A stretch of 37,709 bases of DNA from Spongospora subterranea f. sp. subterranea. Lineage: Eukaryota. Positions 1 to 11,821 of this stretch are shown here, in pieces; the first letter of the stretch is position 1; each line of letters opens with the position of its first letter. The stretch covers positions 62,001 through 99,709 of the forward strand of contig JAUGWO010000116.1 in NCBI GenBank assembly GCA_049724395.1, in the 5' to 3' direction. The position numbers and the translations under genes were made by a program. Below the pieces are notes generated by a model. It was not told the origin of the DNA, did no database searches, and saw only the letters and a list, made by a program, of their open reading frames with translations.

Positions 1-64
1 CTGATCCCAGCGTGAATATGAAACCGATCATGATTGGCATTCGATCGGGGGATGTTCAAGGTAC

Positions 65-913
65 CTGTTATCGTTGCGAGACGTCTGGGCGTTGCCGAAC
101 GCCTCCAGAATCGGGTTGCATTGCAGGATACACGTCTGGATCTGGCTACTGACTGAGTAAATCCAGGTCGTCATTGGTCAGAGCATTGTTCCAAAGACAA
201 AATCGCGTTTCCGAAATGACAGTGACGTTGCGGAAAGAACCTGTTCTTGTAAAGATTGACACCGGGAGAGAAACAATTGCCAAAAACAGGAAATGACAGT
301 TGCGGAAGGGACGGGATTAAAGATATGTGAACTGACACGTTCGTGTGATATGGCACGAAGCCGATATCTCTGTTAGCATCTGCAGTGCATATTTCGCCGT
401 CTCGGTTTTGCCGGATCCGGAATCGCCGCAAATGATAAGCGACTGGGCGACGCCGGTCTGGCGAACTCGTTCGTGGCAGCGGCGCGTGATCGTGAAGATG
501 TGTGGCGTGGTGTCGTCCCGGTGCTCGATGGCGTGGCGCATGCGGTCGAGCCCATAACAGCCCGGGACGCTCTTGAACGGGTTGACCGAGATCAGGGTCG
601 GCCCGGCCACCGTATAGACCAGGTCGCGGTGGTAACGTGCCCTGAGCGTTGCCAGTAACGAGGCGACGGTAACGCGATCCAGACGGGACAGGTCGTCGAC
701 CAGAGCCAGGTCGACACTGGCGTCGTTGCCAATCGACACCAGGCTGGACGTGAGGACCTGGCGCTGGGCCGAGGTCGGTACGGCCGCCGGCTCGACGATC
801 GCGACCTCGACCGTGTCGTTGTCGATGGCGGTGACGCGAGCCCGAACCCAGCCGTGATCGGCGTCCGGGCACCACCATTCGCTGCCAGTTTGGAGATCGC
901 CCACCAGCGACAT
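65..913 (-). CDS. Myosin heavy chain, N-terminal SH3-like region and start of motor domain (5' exons; gene continues off the left edge)
   Basis: ATG at 913 (MSLVGDL). Motifs DDLSRL, RYHRDLVYT, LISVNPF, PHIF and P-loop GDSGSGKTE in ORF 317..955. Second exon ~148-65 reads ILQCNPILEAFGNAQTSRNDN (switch-I region), followed by a GT donor at 64. Confidence 0.92.
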
Positions 914-2150
914 GGTGCAGAAAAGTGTTGAGAGGCAACGATGGGGTACGGCCACGCGATCGCAATAACGGCCACAAGTGTTGGCCAGGCCCGAGTTGCA
1001 ATCGGATCGTCGAGCCCTGGGTCGTCAACTCGTTGCTTGCCGCTTTGTATTCCGCCTGTCTGCTTTACGAAGACGAATGAAATCGCGCTTGGCATCGGGC
1101 TCTTGTTGAAACAGCAACATTTCCGATAAAACAGCAAGATGTTGGGTAGTTTTCGTTATTCATCATGGCAGATCGCAGTGAAGAAGTTACTTTTTCGAGA
1201 CCAAATTTACGGCTTACAGACAGCGACAAGGCAGAATTGAGGTTGTAGACGAAAACGCCATAATGGTGAGATACTGGATCACACTTGACAAAGCGATTCT
1301 CTTGGGATGTTTCGAAACGAATCACAATTGGTTAGACCATAATCCTGATTGTGCCACCACACCCATTGATTTGGGGCTTAGGCAGACTGTGCCAATTCAA
1401 ATGCCAGCTCCGAGATTTATGATGAAATACAGGATGCATTAGAGGACAATATCAACAGGCATCGCAATGAGGAAAACAGGAACTTCACGACCATCACGTG
1501 AGGTTGGGCTTGATGGAATCCGGATGAATGTGCCAACCCATATTTATGACAACTGTTTGAATCTGCTTAATGACATTGACGAGCCTTTGTGTTGTTGTCG
1601 CATTGCAACCTGAACCGAACTTTTGCACTCCCATTGCATTGGTAAATGGTTAAAGCCGTTTGGGGGGACCTGCGCACCCAATGGAATTGTTGAAGAATGC
1701 TGTGAAATGACGCGGAAGTTGATTGCTTTCAAAAGTCTCTGTCGCACAGGATTGCCACATAGTGGCTTCTGAACGTGAACTTTCATTTATCGCCTTTTTC
1801 CGGATTTGAGTTGAGGAAGTGCTTCGGTAGCTAACACGCCCTTCAGAAAAAATGGAATCCAGACGAATTCCGGTGAACGGCAACGGAAACGGGAAGGTCC
1901 ATTACATAGCTGCTAACAAACGTCGAGTTTTTTAAGTAACAAGAACTGGAGCTCCTGCAGGTAATTTGATCCATCGTGAAATGGCTTCCATGGTTCGTGT
2001 GAAGCAGGGGCTTCGGTTGGCCTTAATTACCTGGCAGGCCAAAGGGTATATCCTGATGAATCAGACGACGGGTTCGTCTGACGAGCCGTCTTGTTTGACG
2101 AGACGCAGCTCCATCCGTTAGCGTGATTGACTGATTGTGCTGGGACTCAG

Positions 2151-3503
2151 GATTCGTCGGAAGTATTTCGGACCACCCGCGCTTGGTCTTATGCCGGCCG
2201 ACGCCTCAGTAAACAGACACTTTCTGATGTATTTGCATTCGTGGCTACGATCTAACCTACACTTTCGCCAGTGCCCGTCATGAAACCAATGTGTCGTAGG
2301 TTACAGAAGGACTGGCAACTGAAACACTTTCGCCAGTGCCACATTGTATCGTCATGAACCCAGGAGGACTGGCAACTGAAACACTTTCGCCAGTGCCGCA
2401 TTGTATCGTCATGAACCCAGGAGGACTGGCAACTGAAACACTTTCGCCAGTGCCACATTGTATCGTCATGAACCCAGGAGGACTGGCAACTGAAACACTT
2501 TCGCCAGTGCCGCATTGTATCGTGAACCCAGGAGGACTGGCAACTGAAACACTTTCGCCAGTGCCACATTGTATCGTCATGAACCCAGGAGGACTGGCAA
2601 CTGAAACACTTTCGCCAGTGCCACATTGTATCGTCATGAACCCAGGAGGACTGGCAACTGAAACACTTTCGCCAGTGCCACATTGTATCGTCATGAACCC
2701 AGGAGGACTGGCAACTGAAACACTTTCGCCAGTGCCACATTGTATCGTCATGAACCCAGGAGGACTGGCAACTGAAACACTTTCGCCAGTGCCACATTGT
2801 ATCGTCATGAACCCAGTGTGGCGTAGGTTACGGGAGGACTGGCAACTGAAAAACACTTTCGCCAGTGCCACATTGTATCGTCATGAAACCAGTGTGGCGT
2901 AGGTTACAGAAGGACTGGCAACTGAAACACTTTCGCCAGTGCCACATTGTATCGTCATGAACCCAGTGTGGCGTAGGTTACGGGAGGACTGGCAACTGAA
3001 ACACTTTCGCCAGTGCCACATTGTATCGTCACATTGTATCGTCATGAAACCAGTGTGGCGTAGGTTACAGAAGGACTGGCAACTGAAGCACTTTCGCCAG
3101 TGCCACATTGTATCGTCATGAAACCAGTGTGGCGTAGGTTACAGAAGGACTGGCAACTGAAACACTTTCGCCAGTGCCACATTGTATCGTCACATTGTAT
3201 CGTCATGAAACCAGTGTGGCGTAGGTTACCGAAGGACTGGCAAGCGAAACATAAGGCAGGAGACGCGTTCAGCCATTTCATTTCCTGTTGAATGACGTTT
3301 GGAAAATAGCTGAGGTTGTTGCTGCTGAACTAAACCCAAATGACGTCTTGATTCTTACGCAAGCAGATGCTATTACTCGGGTAATTCAAGAAATTTCTGA
3401 TGATGTAATCTGGTTTACTTGCGAAATTAGCAGCTTGGATGACCCCGATAGTTGGATGGACTTTATTGAAGTCTTTTCAAGAACGATGGGGATATTTCAA
3501 TAA
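2151..3503 (+). pseudogene. Possible disrupted gene of unknown function interrupted by the minisatellite
   Basis: Open exon-like frame 2151-2270 after a CAG acceptor (IRRKYFGP...YLHSWLRSNLHFRQ). After the array the frame reads LPKDWQAKHKAGDAFSHFI, then shifts into LNDVWKIAEVV...MGIFQ* (3503). No family recognised. Confidence 0.3.
2259..3243. repeat. Minisatellite: eight ~57-bp units followed by six 74-87-bp units sharing a core
   Basis: Core ACTGGCAACTGAAACACTTTCGCCAGTGCCACATTGTATCGTCATGAA starts at 2311, 2368, 2425, 2482, 2536, 2593, 2650, 2707, 2764, 2838, 2914, 2988, 3075 and 3149, with a partial copy at 3236. Confidence 0.95.
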
Positions 3504-3667
3504 ATGGATACAATGTTTATCGTGTAGACTGCAGTAAATCGTAACGATCACACCTACAAAAGATCATGACGCCTCAAAAGAGACATAAACAGAAATTTCG
3601 GGATGAAAACAGGATTGAGTCCTTTCAGTGCCCTTTGATGGCGGGGTCGCCGTACTTCGCGCATTTA

Positions 3668-3914
3668 GAGCCTTGTTCAAGTGAAATCGCCGCTCGATCT
3701 ACAGTACTGTAGCGAAATAAATTTTGTCCGTAAAGTGTAACTTATATTTATATCGCATTCTCGCTCAGATCGCACTGCCTTGTTCAATCGAGTAGTCGAG
3801 TACAGTAGCGCTACGAAACTTCATTTCCGCGCGTTTTTGACGCGGCGACCTCGGAATTTTTACGGACATTGTTGATCACGGCTATCGAGCTAAGATTTCA
3901 CACTTGAACGGGCA
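3668..3914. mobile_element. MITE-like element (possibly Tourist/Harbinger type)
   Basis: Imperfect ~30-bp terminal inverted repeats: GAGCCTTGTTCAAGTGAAATCGCCGCTCGAT vs reverse complement ATGCCCGTTCAAGTGTGAAATCTTAGCTCGAT. Flanked by TTA (left) and TCA (right). Non-coding. Confidence 0.5.
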
Positions 3915-4137
3915 TTCAAACGAGGCCGGTAGTTGCGTTTCCCTGTAAAACTTGCTCAACCTGGCTCTTGACATACGCTTCTTGGGTTAAAGCCAGTAGT
4001 TGCATCTTGATTTGATGGCGAGGTCGCCTTATTTCACACTGAAAGGTGATGACATGCCTGTTATTTGGCAGGTTTTGAAACATTTAGCTGTGTAATGACT
4101 TAAATTATAGAATAGATAAAAACTCTGAACGCTCTGA

Positions 4138-5203
4138 TTATATCGATGTCCTCCGGTCTTCAACGCCAATTTCATCAGAGTAGCTGTCCAAGTCGATCAA
4201 ACGGGCGTCGCGTAGAGAATTAGGCAAATAATTTAATGTACCCGTCCTGCTAAGCCGTCTAGCACGAGCCACTAGATCACGAACACGTTTGGTCCGGTGA
4301 CTTTTTCCAAATTCTTCCTCTTCAGGCATCAACCTAGAAACGGCTTGTGAACATGGATTCCACTAATAAAAAAATTAAAATGTCCATTTAAACCAGTCAC
4401 TTTGCAGCCGGTTAAGATCGTTGAATCTACTGACCTATCATCAAATGTAGACAAATCCATTTCTTCGAAAAATTTGGAGGCGCTTGTGAATCCTCCCAGC
4501 ATCATTAGAAACGACCATGCGATCGCCGTTGCTAATTTCAGCGGGTGCTTCGTCCGGCATTGGGTCAAGGAGATGCTCCCGCAGCAGATGATGCAGCGAA
4601 CGGCCAGGCCGGCCAGACTCCTAACGGTTCGGATGAGGATTGGGGCGTTGGTTGTTTCGCGAACGGTTCAAACATACAGGGGAGAACGTCAGACGATACG
4701 CCCTGTCTGTGAAAGGTGTCGCGCACACATTGATCTTATCCATGCTGATGATAGTCTGTAGTCATGCATCATGTGAACGGGTTGCGCTAGACAACTTCCA
4801 AATCCAGTCAAGATCCTCTTACTCTCGCAGTGTCGCTGCAGAGCAGCAGCGGCCCCGTCGTCCACGTCTGTGAAGGGAAGTCAGGGTAGAGTCGAGACAC
4901 ACACTGGCCATTGGCCAAACGAGTTTGCCCAACCCATCGGCGCATATCCACACTGGAAACCGGCACCCCGAATATCCGAGTATAATGAACTTGAACATAT
5001 TCTGAAGGAACCGGTGTTGTTCATTCGCAGAGATGTAAACTGGAAAAACCTAGGCATACACACACAAAACAAATACACAAACTCGATTTATCAACGAAGT
5101 CAGGAATTGCCAACACAAACCGATACGCAAACGGGAAGAAATGGACAAGAGCGTGACGACCGTTATCACAAAAGTGCGGATCATGGCTTGACATGATTTC
5201 CAT
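4138..5203 (-). CDS. Hypothetical intron-containing gene, divergent from lipB
   Basis: Several minus-strand ORF pieces (5021..5266, 4881..5078, 4329..4568, 4138..4332) separated by GT...AG pyrimidine-rich segments. Exon chain not resolved and no family recognised. Confidence 0.3.
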
Positions 5204-5265
5204 ATTAGGAGGACGGTTTTTTCGTCCTGGGCGGCGCCATCCCCGTTTCATCTTGCTTTGATCCA

Positions 5266-6079
5266 ATGTTCGGGCGCTCTGCCATTAAGTGCTCAACTTT
5301 TTTTCTGGGGGAAGTTCCGTTTCATAACGCCTGGCGTATGCAGCAGGCGATCATGCACGAAAGACTCGCAGGCCAAGATCGACGGGAGGTTTTGCTGATC
5401 TGCCAGCACCCCCTTGTCTATACGGCAGGTCGTCGAACGCCAACGGTACCCAATAACCCATCGTTTGACGTTATCAGAGTTGAACGGGGAGGGCAACTTA
5501 CATGCCATTGCCCTGGTACAAATACTTTCAATAATGGCCCCGATAGTTTTCTTACTTAATTTATAGGTCAATTAGTTGTTTACCCGTTATTTGATCTTCA
5601 CCTCTATAAAATGGACCTAAGATGGTATATTTCAACATTAGAGGTATGATCTGCGTTTGTTGAAAGCATTTTTCCTGAACATCCTTTTTGTCACTCAGTC
5701 TTGTGTCATCAATGTTTTGGATCGATTTGGAATCAAAGGGAGTCGACATCATCGCTATCCTGGAGTCTGGGTTGGTGCGAATAAACTGGCATCGGTCGGT
5801 ATTTCCTGCTCGAAGTGGCTGACGATGCATGGACTATCTGTAAATATAGCGCCAGATCTTTCTCATTTCGATGCCATTACGCCTTGCGGAATCAGCAGCG
5901 ATGAGGGACTTGGTGTCACCAGCATTGAGCATCTGATCAGTCAAAAGACGCCAAAGATTGATGAGGTGACCACACACATCATCAACGAGTTCCAGGAACT
6001 GTTCAACATCGATTGTGTTAATGATTCCAACTCTCCAGTTCTTTCTGAGCAATCTCGACCTCGAACAATTCCGTTTTGA
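5266..6079 (+). CDS. lipB: Octanoyl-[ACP]:protein N-octanoyltransferase (LipB/LIPT2), 3 exons: 5266-5515, 5567-5643, 5699-6079
   Basis: Spliced product contains CQHPLVYTAGRR, RGGQLTCHCPGQLVVYP, PGVWVG, KLASVG, TMHGLSVN and FDAITPCG. GT-AG introns of 51 and 55 nt restore the frame. Confidence 0.95.
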
Positions 6080-6376
6080 TTATCGGGCGTTGGAGCTGTG
6101 AAATTGCTGTTCTATCGGCACAAGACAATTTATGTATATTCCAGCTTTTTCCAGATTGTTTTTTCAAAAAGCAATGGTGGAGTGGACATTGAACGCGAAC
6201 AATGTATTAAATAGAATATTTGACTAAGCACGTTCTGCCATGCTTTGATCATAATACCCTTTTTGCTTGGATTGACCTTGTTGCGATGGAACGGGCGACA
6301 CCACGTTTGGAGCTTCCATTGTTCCCTACGAAAACCACGTGATTGAAGGAAATTGATACCAGACTGAGTCAAATTT

Positions 6377-7193
6377 TCAAAACCCATGAAAGCGCAACAA
6401 AAATTCATGAGCAGAGCCCATCTGCTTATCAAACTAATGGATGATGGAAAAACAGAAAAAAAAACATACCGAATCTCCCAATAGGTCGTCCTTGAACTGA
6501 ACAAAACCGACTAAAGTGACAATTAAACAGACCGTTGTCAATACACTGAACACAGCCACACTTGTAACGGAGCTCTGCAAGACAACAAACATCAGATGCC
6601 TAAGACATTGGTGAAGAACACAATAGAATAGTACTTCCATGAACGTATGCCCCATATAACTGTCCATTTGCGAACAAAATGCAAAAATAATAAGTGAAAT
6701 TGACATAATTATTTGAATTTTGAAAACAGCATGAAACGTAGTTCGAAACTAAAAACTCATCAAATACAGAGATTCACGTGTTGCATTACATTTGAAGCAA
6801 CGGATGCCCAGCGCACGCCTTCACTAAGCGTGACTGTTGCTAAAAAACTGGTTGAAGCAACCAGCGCTCCAAAGGCAATTGAGGGATCCATTTGAATCCA
6901 CGGGACACTGATCAAGAGAACAACACAGGAAAATGCCGACCAAACCGTCAACGTGATCATGTACCATACGAGACTGAATTGCATAGTGGCGCTATGCACC
7001 GACGCGGCAGCAGCCTTGAGAAGCGAGTCAAATTGGAATGAAAACCGACCAGAAACGTGATTACCAGTGCGGATATGATAAGCGCCATGCACATCACGAG
7101 GGTAAAACCCCAGGCCGCCCGCAGCTGATTCAGCCGAGTCCATTCGATCGAGGAAATCCTTTCAGGAATGTTGAAAACTGAGGCGCTAACCAT
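6377..7193 (-). CDS. Hypothetical multi-pass membrane protein (several introns; boundaries approximate)
   Basis: Successive hydrophobic segments in ORFs 6957..7226 (WGFTLVMCMALIISALVITFLVGF), 6760..7143 (TVWSAFSCVVLLISVPW; IAFGALVASTSFLATV) and 6434..6706 (VAVFSVLTTVCLIVTLVGFV), separated by GT-AG segments. Confidence 0.5.
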
Positions 7194-9631
7194 CTGATAA
7201 CTTTGTCCAATGGAGCAAGCGAACACCGATCGAACGACTGCAACAGATTTGGGCTAAACACAGAACCGGAGTGGGGTCACGACCGAATAATTGTCAGTCA
7301 CACACGAGCTACCAACCAACCTGTGTCAATGTGTATCGACTGTTACCAATTGCCAGTACGAGGAGAAGGGCGAATGCATACTGTTACAGCTGGTACTGCA
7401 GGGCCTTTAAGTGTACGGAAGTTTTGCTGGCACAGATAACGGGGTTGCGCGTGATCAGGCTCCAGGGCCAGGCCAGGCCAGGCCAGTCCAGGGTCTGCCA
7501 GGGTCCTGTTCGAGCTTCGACCTCGATTGAGTTCCGGTTGAGGCCAGCTGTCTTTCTCATTGGGTTCCGAGTCGTGTCGTGTGATTCGTCCGGATAACCA
7601 GAAAATCCGATTGACTTGAAGTTCCTTTTCAATATATTCGTCTCGCTTTTCAGTCTTCTTCAATTGTGTGTCAGTGACGATAGGAACGGATCATGTTCAA
7701 TTTCATCTCCTGCCTCTATAGCTTGTTTAGTGAATTCGACAATCTCTGGGTCGTTGGGTCGTCTCCGCTGTCTTTTCTATCCATGCCTGGTACATGGCTT
7801 GGTATAAAGTGAATATCCACCTGATTCTTTCTATGTTAGCTCTTCAGCAATGGGTGGTGTTGATTTGAAACATTGGCCACTTCTATTTGTTAAATAGTGA
7901 AATTTGTTTTAGTTTCGAGCGTTGCTCCTAAGTACCACACCGTTTCTGTACTTTGTATTTTGTGTCCATTGATAGAAAATTTGTCATCAGGTGAGTGCTC
8001 ATCGAACTAGATGTTTGTTTTGGGCCATGGCCTATTGAGGCGAATCCGACCCGTCTGTACTGCATGTTTTAGTCCAACGATTTGTGTTATCAATTGGTTT
8101 TTGTTATACACCAATCTACATCGATTGTGTGTATGTTGGCACCCGAATCCAGGCTCGTAATCCTGAGATGCCAACACAAGTGGAACCGCGAAAGCGCTGG
8201 AAATTTTATCTACAGACTGGAGCGTATCTTGTCGCATTGCTGTCCAGTAGAACCGATTAGCTTATTTGCTTGGCAAGTAGAACGCCGTCCACTCTGCAAT
8301 TCGTTCTGTATAATGATGGCACGTTGTGACTCGGCAGGCCATCGTGGACGGCGTTCTGTCGTACGGTTTGTTGCTACAATACGGTTAATCGCAGCTTCCA
8401 GCGTGATCGATTCTGATAAACATGCAGCTTCGGTGCTGGGTTTTTATGAATCTGTTAATAGGCTAGTATCGCCACTATCACTGTTAGATCAAAAGCGAAC
8501 GATATTGCGATGAGTTGAATCGACATTTTGTTTAAAGGTGACCTGCATCTGCCCATAGTCTCACTTTCATCGACGTCGAACTCGCCTGGGCATCGAGTCG
8601 CTTTTTCCGGAAGACCGACTGCAGAAATTTAAAAAAAATGAGAATAACCGATAACACATCTTCCATCTCTATCTCTAGTTGTAATTATTTTCCGAATTAG
8701 CTGTCTTGTCGATGTCACCAATCGGTGCCCTGGAGCGTGATATAAACAAAGTTGTCAGGCTGTACTAGGTCCTTCGAAAAAGCGAATTCGACGTCTATGA
8801 AAGAGCCACTATCGGCAGATGCAAGTCACCGTTAACCAAACGGTCTTTGATCGAATCAGCTCACAACAAGATCGTTGGCTTTCGATGTAATATCGATAGT
8901 AGCGATACTAGACTGTTGACATATTCATCAAGAACCAGCACTGACCAGATTCGAGATGTTGACATTTTTGATTGCTCTTTCCAGTTCTCTTGTGATACGA
9001 TGTGCCGTTGGTATTCCCAATCGCCATCTCACTAATTCGGTTAAACGGTTATTGCTCCGACCGCACTGCATCGTTTTAATGAATGATTGGCTGACGTCGA
9101 ACACATCGCTGTGGCAAGGCATTGAGCAAGTTTCTGCAAGGTGCGAAACAAATATCTGACGATCTTCGAGAAGGCGTTATCGCTGGATTCCCCCGCATCT
9201 AGGCGTAGATTGGCGCTGGCGGCGCACATCGACGTTCAAGGCCCGGGAACGACCCGCTTCAGCGCTAAAACCTATTGCAACACTGGTAAAGCCTCTTTTC
9301 TCTTTGTTTTGAGCTTCTCTTTTCGTGACCGTATTGCTATGTGTAATTTACGTCTGAGTGTGTTTCTTGGTGTAAGTGCCACCTTCAGTTTTTCGGCATT
9401 GCAGTGAATGTCAACAGACCGATACGATGCTGTGATGATTTATCGATTGCTGTCTCAAGCGCCATAGTTGCTAATCTGTTGCCAAGTTTGTTACTCGTTT
9501 GTGACATCGCGGTCATCAATGACGTGATTTTCCTCTAATTTATGTCACCCCAAAATCGATAAATACGCGCAATATATGTCAGCAGTAAATCCGTGTATGC
9601 CACCAAAAATGGCGCGCAAATTTGAATCGAG

Positions 9632-10473
9632 GTAAATCTAATTCCTCAGCATGATGCTTCAACGACCTATGTTGATGGCATTATTTCTACGCCAACAACG
9701 ATGTCGACGGGCGCTTCATTTTTTAAAGATGATGCGAATAGCAATGTCAATTCGTCAACGCCATTACTTGGTCACCAGCGCGTTGATTGACCCCGAGGAT
9801 TCGCCTTGGCACACTCTTTATCAAAGTCGGCACCAAGGAAGCTTCATTTCGATCACGTCGTTAGATCCAAATTCTTTCGACACACTGTTAATGATGTTCG
9901 ACAAGTTTTATGAGGTCAAGTCGGGGCCAGGTAGACGTGGTCGGCCCCCAAAATTTGTTTATAAACACGCCGTGCTGGGGTGTTTGCTCAAGTCATATAC
10001 TTCGGTTGTGGAGGCGAAATCGCTGTGTAAACTGTTCGGTATACCACCCTCAACACTTTCACGGGTGCTGCAGAATGCAGCAGCTGCGTTGAAAAAAACG
10101 TTGAGAGCGATCCCCGAGGCAGCCATAACATTTCCCTCAAAGGTTACACAATCTGAGTGGGCGATGCTTTGTCAGCACCGAGAGCCACTTGTCGAAGGAA
10201 TATGGGGACATCATTAACAGTGTGTCGAAAGAATTTGGATCTAACGACGTGATCGAAATGAAGCTTCCTTGGTGCCGACTTTGATAAAGAGTGTGCCAAG
10301 GCGAATCCTCGGGGTCAATCAACGCGCTGGTGACCAAGTAATGGCGTTGACGAATTGACATTGCTATTCGCATCATCTTTAAAAAATGAAGCGCCCGTCG
10401 ACATCGTTGTTGGCGTAGAAATAATGCCATCAACATAGGTCGTTGAAGCATCATGCTGAGGAATTAGATTTAC
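9632..10473. repeat. Perfect long inverted repeat: arms 9632-9897 and 10208-10473 (266 bp), 310-bp spacer
   Basis: Arms are reverse complements. The ORF track shows identical ~80-aa N-termini for 9651..10217(+) and 10137..10454(-). Confidence 0.97.
9651..10217 (+). pseudogene. PIF/Harbinger transposase, N-terminal half, truncated just before the first catalytic Asp
   Basis: SPWHTLY..., FISITSLDPNSFDTLL, GRRGRPPK, helix-turn-helix LCKLFGIPPSTLSRVL, AAITFPS, EPLVEGIWG. In DDE_Tnp_4-type enzymes this is normally followed by F-x-D-G; here the sequence switches to an inverted copy at 10208. Confidence 0.8.
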
Positions 10474-11223
10474 GTCGATCAGCATATTGTTGTTGTCGTC
10501 GCTTCGGGAGAGTCGATCAATGGCAGTATCGACACGCTGACGCTTTTGTGCAACAGCTGACATGACCACGTCCGATGAAGCATCCAAGCGCTTGGATATG
10601 ACCGCTAGCTGACCGGGAGTTTTCCCACATCGACCAGATGCGCGTAGGTTTTGTGGCTGATCACGCTGTCCAACAGGCGTTAATAGCGAAGACTTTCCCG
10701 CCGACGTTAGATCCATGATGGGGTCCATCATACCCTCATCACCGATGAGACCTTCATGTCCACGATCATCATCAACATCGGCATCGGTCAATCCGTCATC
10801 CATAGACAGACTGTTGTAGCCGTCATCGTCGAGATCTGCGACAGAACTCTTCGTGTCGATATCCCTCTGCGCCCTCTTGGCGCGCCGAACCTCGTCTGGA
10901 CACTCAGGATCACCTGTCCGATTCATGTCAATAAAACACACACGTATTGTAACTATTGTTGAACACTTGAGCAACCTGTCGGCTTCTTGGAATTCCTAAG
11001 ACAGTTATATTTCCGTCTCAGGGATTGAGTGTCCCGGATTGGCCACCCTGACGGCAGATGCCGGTTGTAATCATGCTGTAGGGAATCCCAGCTGCGGTAC
11101 CTCGATTAGAGATAAAAGCCCTACCCAAACGTTACCAATTTCGCTCAGGTCGATAATAATCTTACGATCCAATTCGGGCGCTGTAAAGCCTTTGCCTCTC
11201 CCTGCTGTTTTTTTTGCCGACAT
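10315..11223 (-). pseudogene. Harbinger-associated Myb/SANT-like accessory protein (DUF6818-like), two introns and one frameshift
   Basis: ATG at 11223: MSAKKTAGRGKGFTAPELD|intron|RLLSLIE, frameshift near 11100, WDSLQHDYN...RDTQSLRRKYNCLRNSKKPT|intron|GDPECPDEVRRAKRAQRDI. Its 3' end overlaps a same-strand transposase start at 10454. Confidence 0.7.
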
Positions 11224-11226
11224 CTC

Positions 11227-11821
11227 GTTATCAAAGCGGTTCGCTACGGACTAGGCAAAATGCGTCTGACGTATATTTTGTTGAGACCGTATTCTGGTCT
11301 TAACAAAATATAGGTCAAGAATACGCGTGACTCAAATTGAAATTTGCGTCGACTTTGTGTCAAAACTTATTTGCAATTTGCGGGGTTTTTGGAAGTCACC
11401 TAAAAGCTTTAAAAACTTAAAGACTTAAGCTTTTAAAAAAAGACTTTAAAAGCTTTAAAAACTTAAAGACTTAAGCTTTTAAAAAAAGACTTTAAAAGCT
11501 TTTAATATATTAATAAATATATTAATATATTTAAAGACTTAAGCTTTTAAAAAAAGACTTTAAAAGCTTTTAATATATTAATAAATATATTAATATATTT
11601 AAAGACTTAAGCTTTTAAAAAAAGACTTTAAAAGCTTTAAAAACAAGGGTGGCTTCCAAAAACCCCGCAAATTGCAAATAAGTTTTGACACAAAGTCGAC
11701 GCAAATTTCAATTTGAGTCACGCGTATTCTTGACCTATATTTTGTTAAGACCAGAATACGGTCTCAACAAAATATACGTCAGACGCATTTTGCCTAGTCC
11801 GTAGCGAACCGCTTTGATAAC
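11227..11821. repeat. Inverted repeat: 174-bp arms (11227-11400, 11648-11821) around a 247-bp very AT-rich internally repeated spacer
   Basis: Arms are reverse complements with one mismatch seen (GGAAGTCACC vs GGAAGCCACC). Spacer holds four copies of TTAAAGACTTAAGCTTTTAAAAAAAGACTTTAAAAGCTTT and two of TAATATATTAATAAATATATTAATATAT. Confidence 0.95.

Noticed and set aside
171..1137. ORFs 171..1028 and 592..1137
   Set aside because: Alternative-frame shadows of the GC-rich myosin exon.
1954..2100. U1 snRNA (TTACCTGGCAGG at 2027) or hammerhead ribozyme (CTGATGA at 2053 plus hairpin)
   Set aside because: No U1 loop motifs or Sm site downstream; the hammerhead GAAA is absent (GAGC follows the stem). 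Only a ~13-bp inverted repeat (1954/2038) remains.
2259..3243. CRISPR array (hairpin-containing repeats)
   Set aside because: No unique spacers; units are contiguous tandem copies; eukaryotic context with no cas genes.
2252..3291. Repetitive ORFs on both strands (MWHWRKCFSCQSS..., PHCIVMNPGGL...)
   Set aside because: They arise because the 57-bp unit is a multiple of three; no independent coding evidence.
7616..9407. Possible intron-rich or secreted-protein gene(s) on the + strand
   Set aside because: Some splice-like signals and a hydrophobic start at 8956, but no consistent exon chain or recognisable domain.
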